64,000 nt of DNA from Negaprion brevirostris (taxonomy: Eukaryota), in assembly GCA_030324005.1 (NCBI GenBank), contig JARDVH010000169.1, positions 12,586,198 to 12,650,197 of the forward strand, given 5' to 3'. A program made the translations under genes and the position numbers. Below, piece by piece: positions 48,601 through 61,103 of this stretch; position 1 is the stretch's first letter, and each line of letters opens with the position of its first letter. Under the pieces are notes generated by a model, which was not told where the DNA came from, searched no databases, and was given only the letters and a program-made list of their open reading frames with translations.

Positions 48601-50547
48601 CCTAACCCCATAATTCAGTGTTACGTGTGGTTATGGATGTCTGTGCTCTGTGAGTCTATCTTTTTCCTACAGGTATTATTTCAGCCCTTTCAGATAATAA
48701 GGAATGTTTAATTGCATTGTTAATTGATTTTTTTGCACTGCGTTATTACAATGATTGATTGCTATGTTGATGGAAATGTTAAATGCAGCCCATGTAAAGT
48801 ATCAGGGCAGTAAAGAGGGAGAGGCTTGCGGAGAACAGATAACCTTGATGTTAAGAGCTACATCCTTTGGATATGTCTTTCCTTGACATATTGATGGCTC
48901 TGGAATGGGAAAAGCTGATTGTATGCAGAATACAATCATTAAACCCACTTCAGTGCACTGTTGATTAATTTGTTTTTTCCTGAAGGTTCTAGTTAAACAG
49001 AAGGCCTCAGTAACCTCAAGAGCAGCAATATTTCAGTGGAAATTGTCTTAACTGATTTTCTCTTCTTCCTTTCACTCCTCCTCACCTCCTTTCCCCTGCA
49101 AAGAAAAAATCTGTTTCCATCATCAGTACAGCAGAATAATCATTCGCCACCAGTAGCAAGTCTGAAGACAGCACATGCCCACATCAAAGCAGAGCATGTC
49201 ATTCAAGGATGTGGAGATACACTCCCATTTTTAAACAAAGTATGACATATGAGGAACAAAGTGTTGATTGTTCCACTGCCAAATTGTACATAATGGAAAC
49301 ATTAGCTTCAAGATAACTTTTAATCTGTCAGACTAATGGGTTCTTAATGTGTATAGGGGTTTAAATGTATGCCAGCCATGTCTGTATAAGGTAATATTCT
49401 TGCGGCCCGAGAGGATCTCGATGACTCTACGCTCGACACAATATGGTTTATTATTGTGTGTCAGTTCATCATTCTGTTCCCACGGACTTTGAGCTGCTTC
49501 TCAATTTTCCCGAAACAGATTATATGAAGAAGAGGCCTGAGGTTTGCAGTTATAGATGCACTGCTGCCTCTCGAGTATATTCTGATAAAGCTGTGCCTCG
49601 CCAGGATGAATAAGTTACACAGAGAGCTTGAGATGCAAACTTTTTTCAGAGCGTGCATACGTGCCTATGTTTCACAGCCTACCGTTGTACTGACTATGTG
49701 CCTGTTCCTTTATGCCGTGTCAGACATGTGGAAAAGAAAACTCGAATGTCAACTTTTCCAGATCGTAGCCGATTAAATCTCCTCAGTGAACATTAAGGGA
49801 TGGAAATAGAAACTGACAGTCTTTACATTTGTAATAGGCATCATCTGTACCTAATTTTGGTTTGTTAAGTTGTAAGTTATCAAAGTTAACAAAAATAAAT
49901 AGAATAAAAGCATAAAGGTTTCATATTAAAAAAATGCATTTATAGCACATTTCTCTTAGTGTCATTTTCAATTTATCCATTTGTGACATGTAACTAAACA
50001 AGTTGGCGCTGGCAGTGAATATATCTTTGGTCTCTATCAATTATTAGTTATGACATTTGCTAAAGCAACAGTTTATAGAGACAGTATCCCTTTTGTTGGA
50101 GTCAACAGCGTTTTTTTAAAAAAAACTCTAACCTACAAAAGCCTGTTCATATTATTTCAGATTTTTGAAATTGGCGTTCTGAAGCATGAGATTTGTTACA
50201 AAATTCAAAAGTTAATGGAATAAACCTGCAGGCCAACGTGTTACTGAGATCTTCCCACTTGTGAAAAAGGCTGTCATAACTCACTCACAACTGAGATCAT
50301 GGGTCAATCTATACATGTAACACAATCTTGGATCTCAGTCTGTTTTGAGTTTAATCTTAGCAAGGGAGTTCCTGTTGATCAAGGCACCCCTGGGATAAGA
50401 AGGAGAAAATGAACAAGGATTCCCTCTTCTTGCTGGTATCAAAGCTCCCAGCTGAAAGTGCCTGTGGGTTGATGTCAACTAGTGACGTCAACCACCGTTG
50501 AATGCTCTGTTGCCATTTACCATCAAGACACGTGATAATAGTAATCT

Positions 50548-51124
50548 CTATGGATTGAGTGATAAAGAGAGCTGGATAGACTGGGACTTTTTTCTCTGGA
50601 GTGTAGGGGGCTGAGGGATGATCTTATAGAGGTCTATAAAATAATGATGGGTGTAGATCAGGTAGATAGTCAATATCTTCTCNNNNNNNNNNNNNNNNNN
50701 NNNNNNNNNNNNNNNNNNNNNNNNNNNNNNNNNNNNNNNNNNNNNNNNNNNNNNNNNNNNNNNNNNNNNNNNNNNNNNNNNNGATGGGTGTAGATCAGGT
50801 AGATAGTCAATATCTTCTCCCAAAGATAGGGGAGGCTAAAACTAGAGGGTTTAAGGTGAGAGGGGAGAGATACAGAAGTTTCCAGAGGGGCAATTTTTTT
50901 CACACAGTGTGTGGTGAGTCTGGAACAAGCTGCCAGAGGTACTAGTAAAGGCGGGTACAATTATATCTTTTAAAAAGCTTTTATATAGTTACATGGGTAC
51001 GATGGGTATAGAGGAATATGGGCCAATTGGGATTAGCTTAGGGGTTTAAAAAAATAAGGGTGGCATGGACAAGTTGGGCCGAAGGGCCTGTATCCATGCT
51101 GTAAACCTCCATGATCCTATGACT
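50548..51124 (+). mobile_element. CR1/HER1-like LINE 3' end
   Basis: gagagctggatagactgggacttttttctctggagtgtagggggctgagggatgatcttatagaggtctataaaataatg...gggccgaagggcctgtatccatgctgtaaacctccatgatcctatgac. Confidence 0.85.
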
Positions 51125-51462
51125 AGGGCAAGGTGTCAAAGGATGATTGATGCCCATTGATAACCAAAAAAAGAGATTCTGAGTGTTCAAGAGAGAAGGA
51201 GTCCACATTGGCAGAAAAGAAAGGGTAAATTGATTCCAAAATGAACAGCCTGTCAATATATTCAGTGTAAAATAACTACATATTACTGGCAGATTCACGT
51301 TGAATTACAGATCAAATATCCATTATCTGAAATCCTTGGTAATGATTGCGTNNNNNNNNNNNNNNNNNNNNNNNNNNNNNNNNNNNNNNNNNNNNNNNNN
51401 NNNNNNNNNNNNNNNNNNNNNNNNNNNNNNNNNNNNNNNNNNNNNNNNNNNAAGTTGAATTA

Positions 51463-52083
51463 CAGCTCAAATATCCATTATCTGAAATCCTTGGGAATGA
51501 TTGCGTTTCGGATTTCAGATCATTTTGCTTTTTGGATACTGCATTTAGGACTATGCCTATTTAATTTACAATAGCCCAAGCCTAGATTACCTATAGTCTA
51601 AAATAAATAAGATAGCTAGAAAAGTCAGATGTTATCACTGAATAATAAATACAGGGTACCCTTATTAAGTTTCCACCGTCATTTGTGATTCTGCTTGGAG
51701 GAGGAAGTTCAAGGTATTGATGTGTAGACAGACAACTAGACTTCCTGCACTGAAGAGCAGATGTCAGTGAGGTGTGTGTCAGCTCAGGTCATGTTGGCTC
51801 AGGTCAGGGACTCCCCATACTTAAGGGTGGGTGCAATTGNNNNNNNNNNAGATTGGCTGTGGTTGGTGAGATTCCTTTTGGCTTGAATCGTGTCGACTCA
51901 AGTCAAGAACATGCCACACTAAAAATTGAGTGTGATCTGTGAGGTTCCTGTGGGTTCGGGTTGTGTCAGCTTGGGTCAGGGACCTCTTCAGCTAAAGGTT
52001 GGGTGCAATGGATGAGCACCAGAGACTGGTGAGGTTCAAAAAAGTGCAGTTTTTGGATTTGTGGCTAAAGAGTACACAACCTG
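51463..52083 (+). mobile_element. Tigger/pogo-like (Tigger4/MER46-type TIR) non-autonomous DNA transposon
   Basis: ta|cagctcaaatatccattatctgaaatccttggg..gtttcggatttcaga ... ttttggatttgtggctaaagagtacacaacctg; resembles the CAGGTTGAGTATCCCTTATCCGAAATGCTTGGG terminus as recalled. Confidence 0.65.
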
Positions 52084-52106
52084 CATTTCTTAACACATTT
52101 ACAATA

Positions 52107-52278
52107 TCATAGAATTCCTACAGTGCAGAAAGAGGCCATTCAGTCCTTTGAATCTGCACCGACCACAATCCCACCCAGGCCCTATTCCCACAACCCTATG
52201 TATTTACCCTACTTGTGTCCCTGACAATAAGGGGCAATTTAGCATGGCCAGTCCACTAAACCAGCACATTTTTGGATA
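52107..52278 (-). mobile_element. HE1-like SINE, 3' half
   Basis: tcatagaattcctacagtgcagaaagaggccattc...aatttagcatggcca...gcacatttttgga. Confidence 0.85.
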
Positions 52279-52587
52279 TCTAATTTTAGGTTTTAATACA
52301 TTTTAGATTTTTGTTTAATTTTGTTTTGCAAACTCCTAATAAAATGTCACCCCTATTTTTTGTATGCTTTGACTGCACATTGTTTGTCTGTGGCTTTGGA
52401 TGGATTGCTGTTGTTTACTTAGTTTCCCTCATACATTGACTTACTATCTTTTCCTTGGAAACAGATTGAGTATTGATGAGCTAGGTTTGTATTGAGTGAG
52501 GCTTCAAGAAGAGAACACAGACTATCCAGTATTTTTCCCAGGCTTAGGTTGAGTCTATGCATTTAATGTTCCAACTTAGATATATTG

Positions 52588-52925
52588 GGGCAGCATGGAG
52601 GCACAGCGCTGCTGTCTCACAGTGCCAGGGACCCAAGTTCAATTCCTGGCTTGGGTCGCTCTCTGTCTGGTGTTTGCACATTCCCCTCATGTCTGTGTGG
52701 GTTTCCTCCTGGTNNNNNNNNNNNNNNNNNNNNNNNNNNNNNNNNNNNNNNNNNNNNNNNNNNNNNNNNNNNNNNNNNNNNNNNNNNNNNNNNNNNNNNN
52801 NNNNNNNNNNNNNGTGTCTAAAGATGTGCAGGTTAGGTGGATTGGCCATGCTAAATTGCTCCTTAGTGTCTAAAGATGTGCAGGTTAGGTAGATTGGCCA
52901 TGCTAAATTGCCCCTTAGTGTGCCA
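52588..52925 (+). mobile_element. HE1-like V-SINE with tandem ~53-bp internal unit, lacking tail
   Basis: gggcagcatggaggcacag head; gtgtctaaagatgtgcaggttaggt.gattggccatgctaaattgc occurs twice (52814, 52866). Confidence 0.8.
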
Positions 52926-52994
52926 ACATGTTAATCTTAGCACCACATCTCACATTTGGACCCATTGCTGGCATCCACCATCCAGCTGGATTCA

Positions 52995-53120
52995 TCACAC
53001 ATACGCAAACAGACACCTGCGCACGCACACACACACACGCACACGCACACATATGTACATGCACACACACACACACATGTACATGCACATACAAACACAT
53101 GCATGTGTACACACACATGC
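52995..53120. repeat. Imperfect (CA)n / purine-pyrimidine microsatellite
   Basis: cacacatacgcaaac...cacacacacacgcacacgcacacatatgtacatgcacacacac; explains the overlapping His/Thr and Cys/Val ORFs. Confidence 0.9.
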
Positions 53121-53624
53121 AAATCTTCTCATCCCGTAATACTCTTTCAAGCGCCAATAGTCACTTTATAGCAGAAGAAATGAGGTGTACTCACCTAGCA
53201 CTGAAATACAATCCCTGACATAATCATTCTTAGACATTGACAATGACTATTTTAAATTGCATTGTCCGTGTACAACTGTCAATCACGCTGTAATGTATCC
53301 AGATCAAACTCATCACAGTTTAGTTATTGTTGCTTCTTTTTTACATAATAATAAATGCACCAACAATCTCTTTTTGCACAGCTCGCTATAAATATAAGGT
53401 TATATTTATAGAAGGCAAGTTAGAGAAAGAGCATTTTAGAATATGCTTCTTTATTAATGAGAGAGCCAAAGGCTCAGAGTGACATATGAATGATCACTAC
53501 ACATCAGACAGTGCCAATGAGAAATTACTGTGCTGCATACAACCAATGGGCACAGTTCATCACAAACACTGGTCGAATAACTGGGTGAAGAGATTAAAAT
53601 TCTTTGTTACAATATTCACAGTTT

Positions 53625-53830
53625 AAGTTGCATTCCATGTCCACCCTTGGGAGATATCTCTGTACCTTTATTGTTGCTGGTTTAAAGCCCTAGAACTCCC
53701 TAACGGCATTGCGAAAGTGCCTTTACCGTAACTGCAATGGGTCAAGAGGAAGGCACCACTTTCTCAAGGGCAATGAGAAATGAATAGCAATTTTCAACCT
53801 CGCCAATGACACCCACATCCTGAGAGTTAA
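53625..53830 (+). mobile_element. 3' tail of the 14527-15468 LINE family, decayed
   Basis: ccacccttgggagatatctctgtacctttattgttgctgg...ctcaagggcaatgagaaatg...gccaatgacacccacatcc. Confidence 0.6.
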
Positions 53831-53988
53831 GTTGGAAAAAAATGATTGGTTCAATTTGGCAATGTTGTTCCCTTACAGCACTCAAATGTTGCTCAAATTT
53901 AAAATGTAAAGAATAGGTTACGAAATATAAGTCATCCTTGAATTAATAATTATTAATGTTTATCAAGAATTGAAAAACAGTATTAGCG

Positions 53989-54280
53989 CCAGTCCCTTAC
54001 AGTGCCAGGGACCTGCATTTGATTCCCATCTTGGATCACTGTCTATGTGGAGTTTGCATGTTTTCCCGTGTCTGTATGGATTTTCTCTGGGTGCTCCGGT
54101 TTCCCACCACAATCCAGTGATGTGCAGGTTATTTGGATTGGCCATGCTAAATTGCCCCTTAGTGTCAGGGGAATAGCTAGGGTAAATGCATAGGGATGGG
54201 GATAAAGCCTGGGTGGGACTGTGGTCGGTGCAGACTCGATGGGCCAAATGGCCTCCTTCTGCACAGTAAGGATTCTATGA
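53989..54280 (+). mobile_element. HE1-like V-SINE
   Basis: acagtgccagggacctgcatttgattccc, V-domain, tail gggccaaatggcctccttctgcacagtaaggattctatga. Confidence 0.9.
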
Positions 54281-54394
54281 TATCCAATAGGCTTTTAGCC
54301 ACAAACTTGTTGTGCCACAGTGAGGATATGCATCTTCTTACAACTAACACAGTTGTGCCAATCTGTGCTCTCTTCACCAGTGGCAATGTATGGA

Positions 54395-54777
54395 TAGTGA
54401 GTCGATTTGTAGGTGAGTGGTTGTCCAGGATTTTCCTAGGGTCTCTGGGAAACAAAGGTTAATTTTCAGGCCACTGCCTGCTGGGAAGTGTGGAGAAAAG
54501 TGTAAGGAATTGAAGGAAATGCGCATATTTTTCATTTTCTTTGAACACTTAATAGTTCTAAAGATATTGCAGTGGGGATAAAAAGGTTGTTTGATGAACC
54601 GGCATAATCAGTTAAGAGTCTGTTTGCTTTCTAATTGCTGAAGGAAAGTAGGGCATGTGAAGATTAATTTGTTGGGAAACCAAAGGCAGGAACATGTGTG
54701 TGGGCAGAGAGGTTGGAGATGGGAGGTCATGTGATGAAGCTTTCAGGAATCCATTAAACCAGATCTGGCAACCCTAG
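54395..54777. mobile_element. Possible hAT-like MITE
   Basis: Right end ctggcaacccta resembles a TAGGGTTGCCA-type TIR; the left TIR is not clearly seen. Confidence 0.3.
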
Positions 54778-55215
54778 TGAGAGCATTTGTGATGATAATT
54801 TTGGCCTACCATCCACAATAGTCGGATTAGAGGGAATGACCAGCACATGTGTTATCACATATTACAGTACACTGTCCATGTGCATAACAAACAATTTACC
54901 CAAGTATTCTTTTCCCTCAAGATTACTTCAGTACTGAATTGGATTCTGAAAGTTGAACATGGGGAAACTTGGGAGTAAATTACATCTTTGGTCTAATGAT
55001 CCTTTAAATTCTCATGAATTATAATCAATCATGCTTGTAAAAGAACTCCCATCACAGGCTCTCAAACTACAATGCAACTATGATTCATTACAGTGATTAA
55101 GAAGTCTGCCAATACCTTACTTTTTCATCCAAAATGCATTTTTGCATCACTAATTTGGAAAGGATTTTGTACAAAATGCAACCATATGTAAAATATCAAA
55201 ATGTGTAAACCTGCC

Positions 55216-55237
55216 AGAGAGAGAGAGAGAGAGAGAG
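55216..55237. repeat. (AG)n microsatellite
   Basis: Direct AG run. Confidence 0.9.
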
Positions 55238-55556
55238 TCATGGTGAGGAAAATACAAGTAAATGGATGGGCATGTTACCATAACTTGAATTGGAAATGAC
55301 AGGGTTCAGTTGTTGCAACACAATAATCCAGAAAATGACTCTACATTTTGAAGATGCAACTCTGAAATGTGAAACAACTCCAGTAAACATTTGGAAAACC
55401 ATTCTTGGATGAAAATTCCTTGAAAGGAATGATGCAGGCACCAGAAAGGTTGTTTTTAATACATAGAAGGTAGCTCTTACATATGTTTATATTTGCTAAC
55501 ACAGTCAAATCTTACCAATTTTTACCAGTACATTGTTTTCTCTAGCCAGTTTACAG

Positions 55557-55734
55557 GGTGTGGAGATGCCGGCGTTGGACTGGGGTTGGCACAGTAAGAA
55601 GTCTCTCAACACCAGGTTAAAGTCCAACAGGTTTGTTTGGTATCACAAACTTTCTGAGCACTGCTCCTTCATCAGGAAGCTCATGACACCAAATAAACCT
55701 GTTGGACTTTAACCTGGTGTTGTGAGACTTCTTA
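55557..55734 (-). mobile_element. Penelope-like pseudo-LTR with inverted segment, 10-bp TSD and decayed hammerhead
   Basis: TSD CAGTTTACAG at 55547-55556 and 55735-55744; arms 55595-55650 vs 55677-55734; minus strand CUGAUGA-A-GGAGC-AGU-GCUCA-GAAA at about 55643-55676. Confidence 0.8.
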
Positions 55735-56795
55735 CAGTTTACAGAGGCCATTCCCTGATACAGTTTTGTCGACGTATGGCTATGGCATGAGTACTTTAGA
55801 CCAGAAATTTTGAGCGACGGAATTGTTTTCAAAGTTATTGTTTTTTAGAATTTTAATGAAATCTAGATAATATGAGGGACTCACTGTGGAAAAGCACCAC
55901 CTGATTTGTTAATGAGCATTAAATTCAGAAGGTCTCATACTACATTCTGATTTCTGCAACAGCAANNNNNNNNNNNNNNNNNNNNNNNNNNNNNNNNNNN
56001 NNNNNNNNNNNNNNNNNNNNNNNNNNNNNNNNNNNNNNNNNNNNNNNNNNNNNNNNNNNNNNNNNNNNNNNNNNNNNNNNNNNNNNNNNNNNNNNNNNNN
56101 NNNNNNNNNNNNNNNNNNNNNNNNNNNNNNNNNNNNNNNNNNNNNNNNNNNNNNNNNNNNNNNNNNNNNNNNNNNNNNNNNNNNNNNNNNNNNNNNNNNN
56201 NNNNNNNNNNNNNNNNNNNNNNNNNNNNNNNNNNNNNNNNNNNNNNNNNNNNNNNNNNNNNNNNNNNNNNNNNNNNNNNNNNNNNNNNNNNNNNNNNNNN
56301 NNNNNNNNNNNNNNNNNNNNNNNNNNNNNNNNNNNNNNNNNNNNNNNNNNNNNNNNNNNNNNNNNNNNNNNNNNNNNNNNNNNNNNNNNNNNNNNNNNNN
56401 NNNNNNNNNNNNNNNNNNNNNNNNNNNNNNNNNNNNNNNNNNNNNNNNNNNNNNNNNNNNNNNNNNNNNNNNNNNNNNNNNNNNNNNNNNNNNNNNNNNN
56501 NNNNNNNNNNNNNNNNNNNNNNNNNNNNNNNNNNNNNNNNNNNNNNNNNNNNNNNNNNNNNNNNNNNNNNNNNNNNNNNNNNNNNNNNNNNNNNNNNNNN
56601 NNNNNNNNNNNNNNNNNNNNNNNNNNNNNNNNNNNNNNNNNNNNNNNNNNNNNNNNNNNNNNNNNNNNNNNNNNNNNNNNNNNNNNNNNNNNNNNNNNNN
56701 NNNNNNNNNNNNNNNNNNNNNNNNNNNNNNNNNNNNNNNNNNNNNNNNNNNNNNNNNNNNNNNNNNNNNNNNNNNNNNNNNNNNNNNNNNNNNNT

Positions 56796-56970
56796 ACCCC
56801 TCCTCCCCCACCCCTTTCTGATTGACCTTGTACCCTTGCAGGTTAATTTCCTCTTGAAATCATTGATTGTTTTTGCTTCCACCATTCTCATGGGCAGCAC
56901 ATTCCAGGTCATTGCCACATACTGTGCAAAAAAAGTTCTTTCTCATGGCAACGCCCTGCATCTCTTGCCC
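56796..56970 (-). mobile_element. CR1 3' fragment
   Basis: Minus strand WNVLPMRMVEAKTINDFKRKL (CR1 WNSLP..VVEA.T...FK..LD). Confidence 0.75.
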
Positions 56971-59900
56971 TTTTGAACAATTTCTTGGTACTTTGTATAG
57001 TTAAAGTTTAACTGTTCAATTGCAGCACTTCCTTTCATAAAGCAAATTGTTACTTTGTTTGTATGATATCTGAGCTTCCTATTTTAAATGAGTATCTTTT
57101 TATTGCGCCTTTGAAATCTAGTTTTAGCAGGTACACATGAAAGCCATAAAATATGATTTGCTATCAACTCACAGCTGCATCGCCTGGTGTGGCTTCTCTG
57201 CAAAGCTGAGCCCTTTTTAAAAAAAAATTAAACAGTTTCAGACCCCGGGAGTTCAGAAATTTCAGCTGACTTTTACTGTCACTAGCTCGAGCACCTTTAT
57301 CCCCAGGCGAACAGCAGCAGCTGGAATTTATTTCCCGCTGCCAGACAGTCCAACTGTTTTATGATACATCCAGAAATTCACTTTCTTTAATATTCGAACC
57401 TTTTATTCAAGGTGACAGCTGCTCACACGTTGCTGTACAGAGCACCTCAAGTAGCGAGAGTTTTCAGAAAAAATGAGTGTCCCGCCGTTACAAGCTCACA
57501 ATGTAGAATGACTGAGGTTATCCCTAGGCCTCTGAGCCCCAACCTCCTTGACAGAACAACCGCTGGTAACATAAAACTTGACTACAGTTTGTAATGATGT
57601 CTGGGGAAAACTAGGCGGAGGAGCAGCAGAGAGTACTGCAAGTGATAGGAGATGATGTCAGATTCAGTTAGAAGTGCAGACAGTGTTCGAATATGGTTGG
57701 CACTAATATGGTACCAGTATCTTTCTCCTCATATCTGTTTTCTGTCACTGCTCACAATTCTGGGCCTGTCTCCACAACTGACAATGTCTTTTCAGATCAC
57801 GTTATTGCCAGCACAGAGTGCACTCAGCACATCATCACTCAGCTCCTTTGTTTGAAGCCTGGTCTTTTGTCATTAATGCACTTGATATCTATTTAAAACT
57901 GCCGGAGAATATGGGATCTGTTTTCCTGTCTCGAGATCATTGACAATATTAATACCACATGTCCTTGCTTCATATTCTAAGCGCTGACACCTAGCTGCAG
58001 TCTCCTGCATTCATCAAGTGGCTCTTTCACCAGGATGTCTGTTAACAGTCCTGTTTCTAATCCGTCAGTAACACCAGCAGATTGCAATCACCAACTGTTA
58101 ACATAGCCTACAAAAACATGTTCTTAACAAGTCACTTCATTTATTTTATTTTGGTGATGGGGTGAGAGGGTTGGCGGGCTGGAGAGGAGCATGATAAATC
58201 TAGCGTGTAAAGGGCAGAAGCCTAAATTGTTTCTGGAAAGAACTGATCCGGATAGCCTGAAGGCATTGAGTGTTAAACATTGGCCAGATATCCCTACAGC
58301 TGAGAGTTTGTAACCCAGTCAAATCATGCAGCCTCTGTCAGCATCTATGCTTCAAGCTTATCAATGGAATCAGTAGCCTGCCCGGCTGACCTCAGGTCAA
58401 AGTACAAATGCCAAGAACTCACTCTTTTGTTTACTGTCCCTCTCCAAGTTTGGCCAGTGACTTTGTTGAGTGCTATGCCTGTTGTCAGTACAGTTGGGCA
58501 CCTTGATAAAATTTTCTGCCAATAATTTTACGTGCTGTGGAAGGCCTGCAGATTGTTAAAGAAATTGCAAGGTTACTTTATATATGTAATATAAAGAATT
58601 GATCAATATTTACAAGTTGGGGGGCTGGACAAAGGAAGTTTAATGAACCAATTAGAAGGCATTACATTGCACAAAATGATTCAGTAATTTAGTGCGTAAC
58701 GTTTGGGTGCCGTGTCAAGTGGGAAATAAAATCTTTTTTTGCACAGTTGACACTTCATCCTTACACTTGGTGCTCTTTCTTCCTGAGACCAACATGATAG
58801 TGCCATACGTCTCATGAATCATTATTTTCCCCGCATGTTCGCCTTTCAAGGATGCCATTTCCCTTCCTGACACTGTTTAATCATAACTTCCCTCCATGAG
58901 CCTGTCAATCCCTTCTGGAGATCGTCATGAATGATGTTCTTCTCCTGAGAGCAGTTCTCCCAGTATCAAAGGGCAAATAAATGATAGACTGATCCCATCC
59001 ACTGCTTAAAAATTAAGGAGATCAATAATGAAAAAAGTCCAGAAACTTAAATTACATGAAACATGTCAATATATCATGAAAAAGATAAAGTTTGCATTTC
59101 AATAAAGGAACCCTTCAGCTCGCTGAGAAATAACTGCCTCCCTCATTCGAACTCTTAAGATATTGTGGTCNNNNNNNNNNNNNNNNNNNNNNNNNNNNNN
59201 NNNNNNNNNNNNNNNNNNNNNNNNNNNNNNNNNNNNNNNNNNNNNNNNNNNNNNNNNNNNNNNNNNNNNNNNNNNNNNNNNNNNNNNNNNNNNNNNNNNN
59301 NNNNNNNNNNNNNNNNNNNNNNNNNNNNNNNNNNNNNNNNNNNNNNNNNNNNNNNNNNNNNNNNNNNNNNNNNNNNNNNNNNNNNNNNNNNNNNNNNNNN
59401 NNNNNNNNNNNNNNNNNNNNNNNNNNNNNNNNNNNNNNNNNNNNNNNNNNNNNNNNNNNNNNNNNNNNNNNNNNNNNNNNNNNNNNNNNNNNNNNNNNNN
59501 NNNNNNNNNNNNNNNNNNNNNNNNNNNNNNNNNNNNNNNNNNNNNNNNNNNNNNNNNNNNNNNNNNNNNNNNNNNNNNNNNNNNNNNNNNNNNNNNNNNN
59601 NNNNNNNNNNNNNNNNNNNNNNNNNNNNNNNNNNNNNNNNNNNNNNNNNNNNNNNNNNNNNNNNNNNNNNNNNNNNNNNNNNNNNNNNNNNNNNNNNNNN
59701 NNNNNNNNNNNNNNNNNNNNNNNNNNNNNNNNNNNNNNNNNNNNNNNNNNNNNNNNNNNNNNNNNNNNNNNNNNNNNNNNNNNNNNNNNNNNNNNNNNNN
59801 NNNNNNNNNNNNNNNNNNNNNNNNNNNNNNNNNNNNNNNNNNNNNNNNNNNNNNNNNNNNNNNNNNNNNNNNNNNNNNNNNNNNNNNNNNNNNNNNNNNN

Positions 59901-61103
59901 NNNNNNNNNNNNNNNNNNNNNNNNNNNNNGAAAGTAAGTCAAAACAATTTATGAAAATTCTGATTTATTTGGCCTCACAACTCCTGGATAGTAAAAGGAA
60001 AGATGAATCAAAGTTCTTTCTGTAGGTTCCTGGAATGTACATGTACGGATGCTTGGTGAGGTCTAGATAGGTCTTGGTTGTGATACCTCCACAGCCAAAT
60101 AGCCCAGGGACATTCACTGCAGAGACTCGATTGTGAATAAAGGTGACTTGGTGCCAAAAAAGACCATTCATTGAAACTGCACCTCAACAAGGAATCAACG
60201 CACTCGCATGAGGAACAGAGAAAACCATGTTTTAAAACTGAACGCTTTGATTTAATACATATGAATTTACTTTGTACTCATTGCCGGAATAAGGAATATA
60301 AAAAAAAGGTGCTAAAATTTGATTTTTTTCTAAGTTAAGTGTTGTCTCCCCGACCCCTGCTGTACTCCCACTCCTCCCCCCCTCTCCCCCACATTCCACC
60401 CCTTCCACACTGGGATAAAATTCAAAATTACCTCTAACCTGTCCAAAATCTGTCAATGAGTCGGAAATTTCAAGGGGATTTTTCACTCCCTCCCCATCAG
60501 TTTATTTCTAAGCCAGCATTCTAGCTTCTCTGCTCACATTTTGTTGCATTTCAGGCGTTTGTCCCTCGTGGACTTGCATCCGGGAAGGTTGATTGAGGCT
60601 ACTCAACTGCTTTACACTTTGTACGTTAAATAGGCATCAGAAAATTGCCTTTTATCTCTTCTGTGTGGACTAAATTCAAACTCTGAGCTGAAAGGAAATG
60701 TTCTAACCCACTGTATCACCCAATTGCCTGATGGTCAGATTTTATCTGCGGGCTCTGTTCCTTGCGATAACCTTATCTAAAGGCGTTGTCTTTCCACGGT
60801 CCACTGTGACAGGCCAGCTAATTGAAGTGCTTAGTGTGTCAGAGGGAACAACTTTATTCCCAGTTTAACCATAAAGTGATATAGCCTGCTTTGGGATGGA
60901 GTTTTCCACCTTCCAAGCAGGAAGATACTTAACCTGCCCCAGTGATTATCTTCATTTGAGGCACAGAATAGTGCTGAGTTTCGGTTTGCATGGAGATAGG
61001 TACAGCCGAATGGGCATCCTGGTAAAGAACAATGTATAAGTTTGTTTTCTTTAAATGAAACTAGAAGACAATATTAATTGTCGTTTTTTTGTGTGTGTTG
61101 TAG

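Larger units (their letters stand above)
1..61103 (+). other. LRMDA: Probable last intron of LRMDA (>=61 kb, 5' donor outside window)
   Basis: No upstream LRMDA exon (expected YTPLP-like penultimate exon) recognised in the window, and LRMDA introns are very large in vertebrates. An exon hidden in an N gap cannot be excluded. Confidence 0.7.

Noticed and set aside
48570-48615. HYTPY resembling the LRMDA penultimate exon HYTPLP
   Set aside because: Reads HYTPYLCLTP* with an early stop and no suitable donor; chance match.
52876-53218. Overlapping His/Thr- and Cys/Val-rich ORFs
   Set aside because: Translations of a (CA)n microsatellite.
59965-60190. Possible extra exon after ttctttctgtag at 60025
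   Set aside because: All three plus frames stop within about 15 codons, with no similarity to LRMDA.
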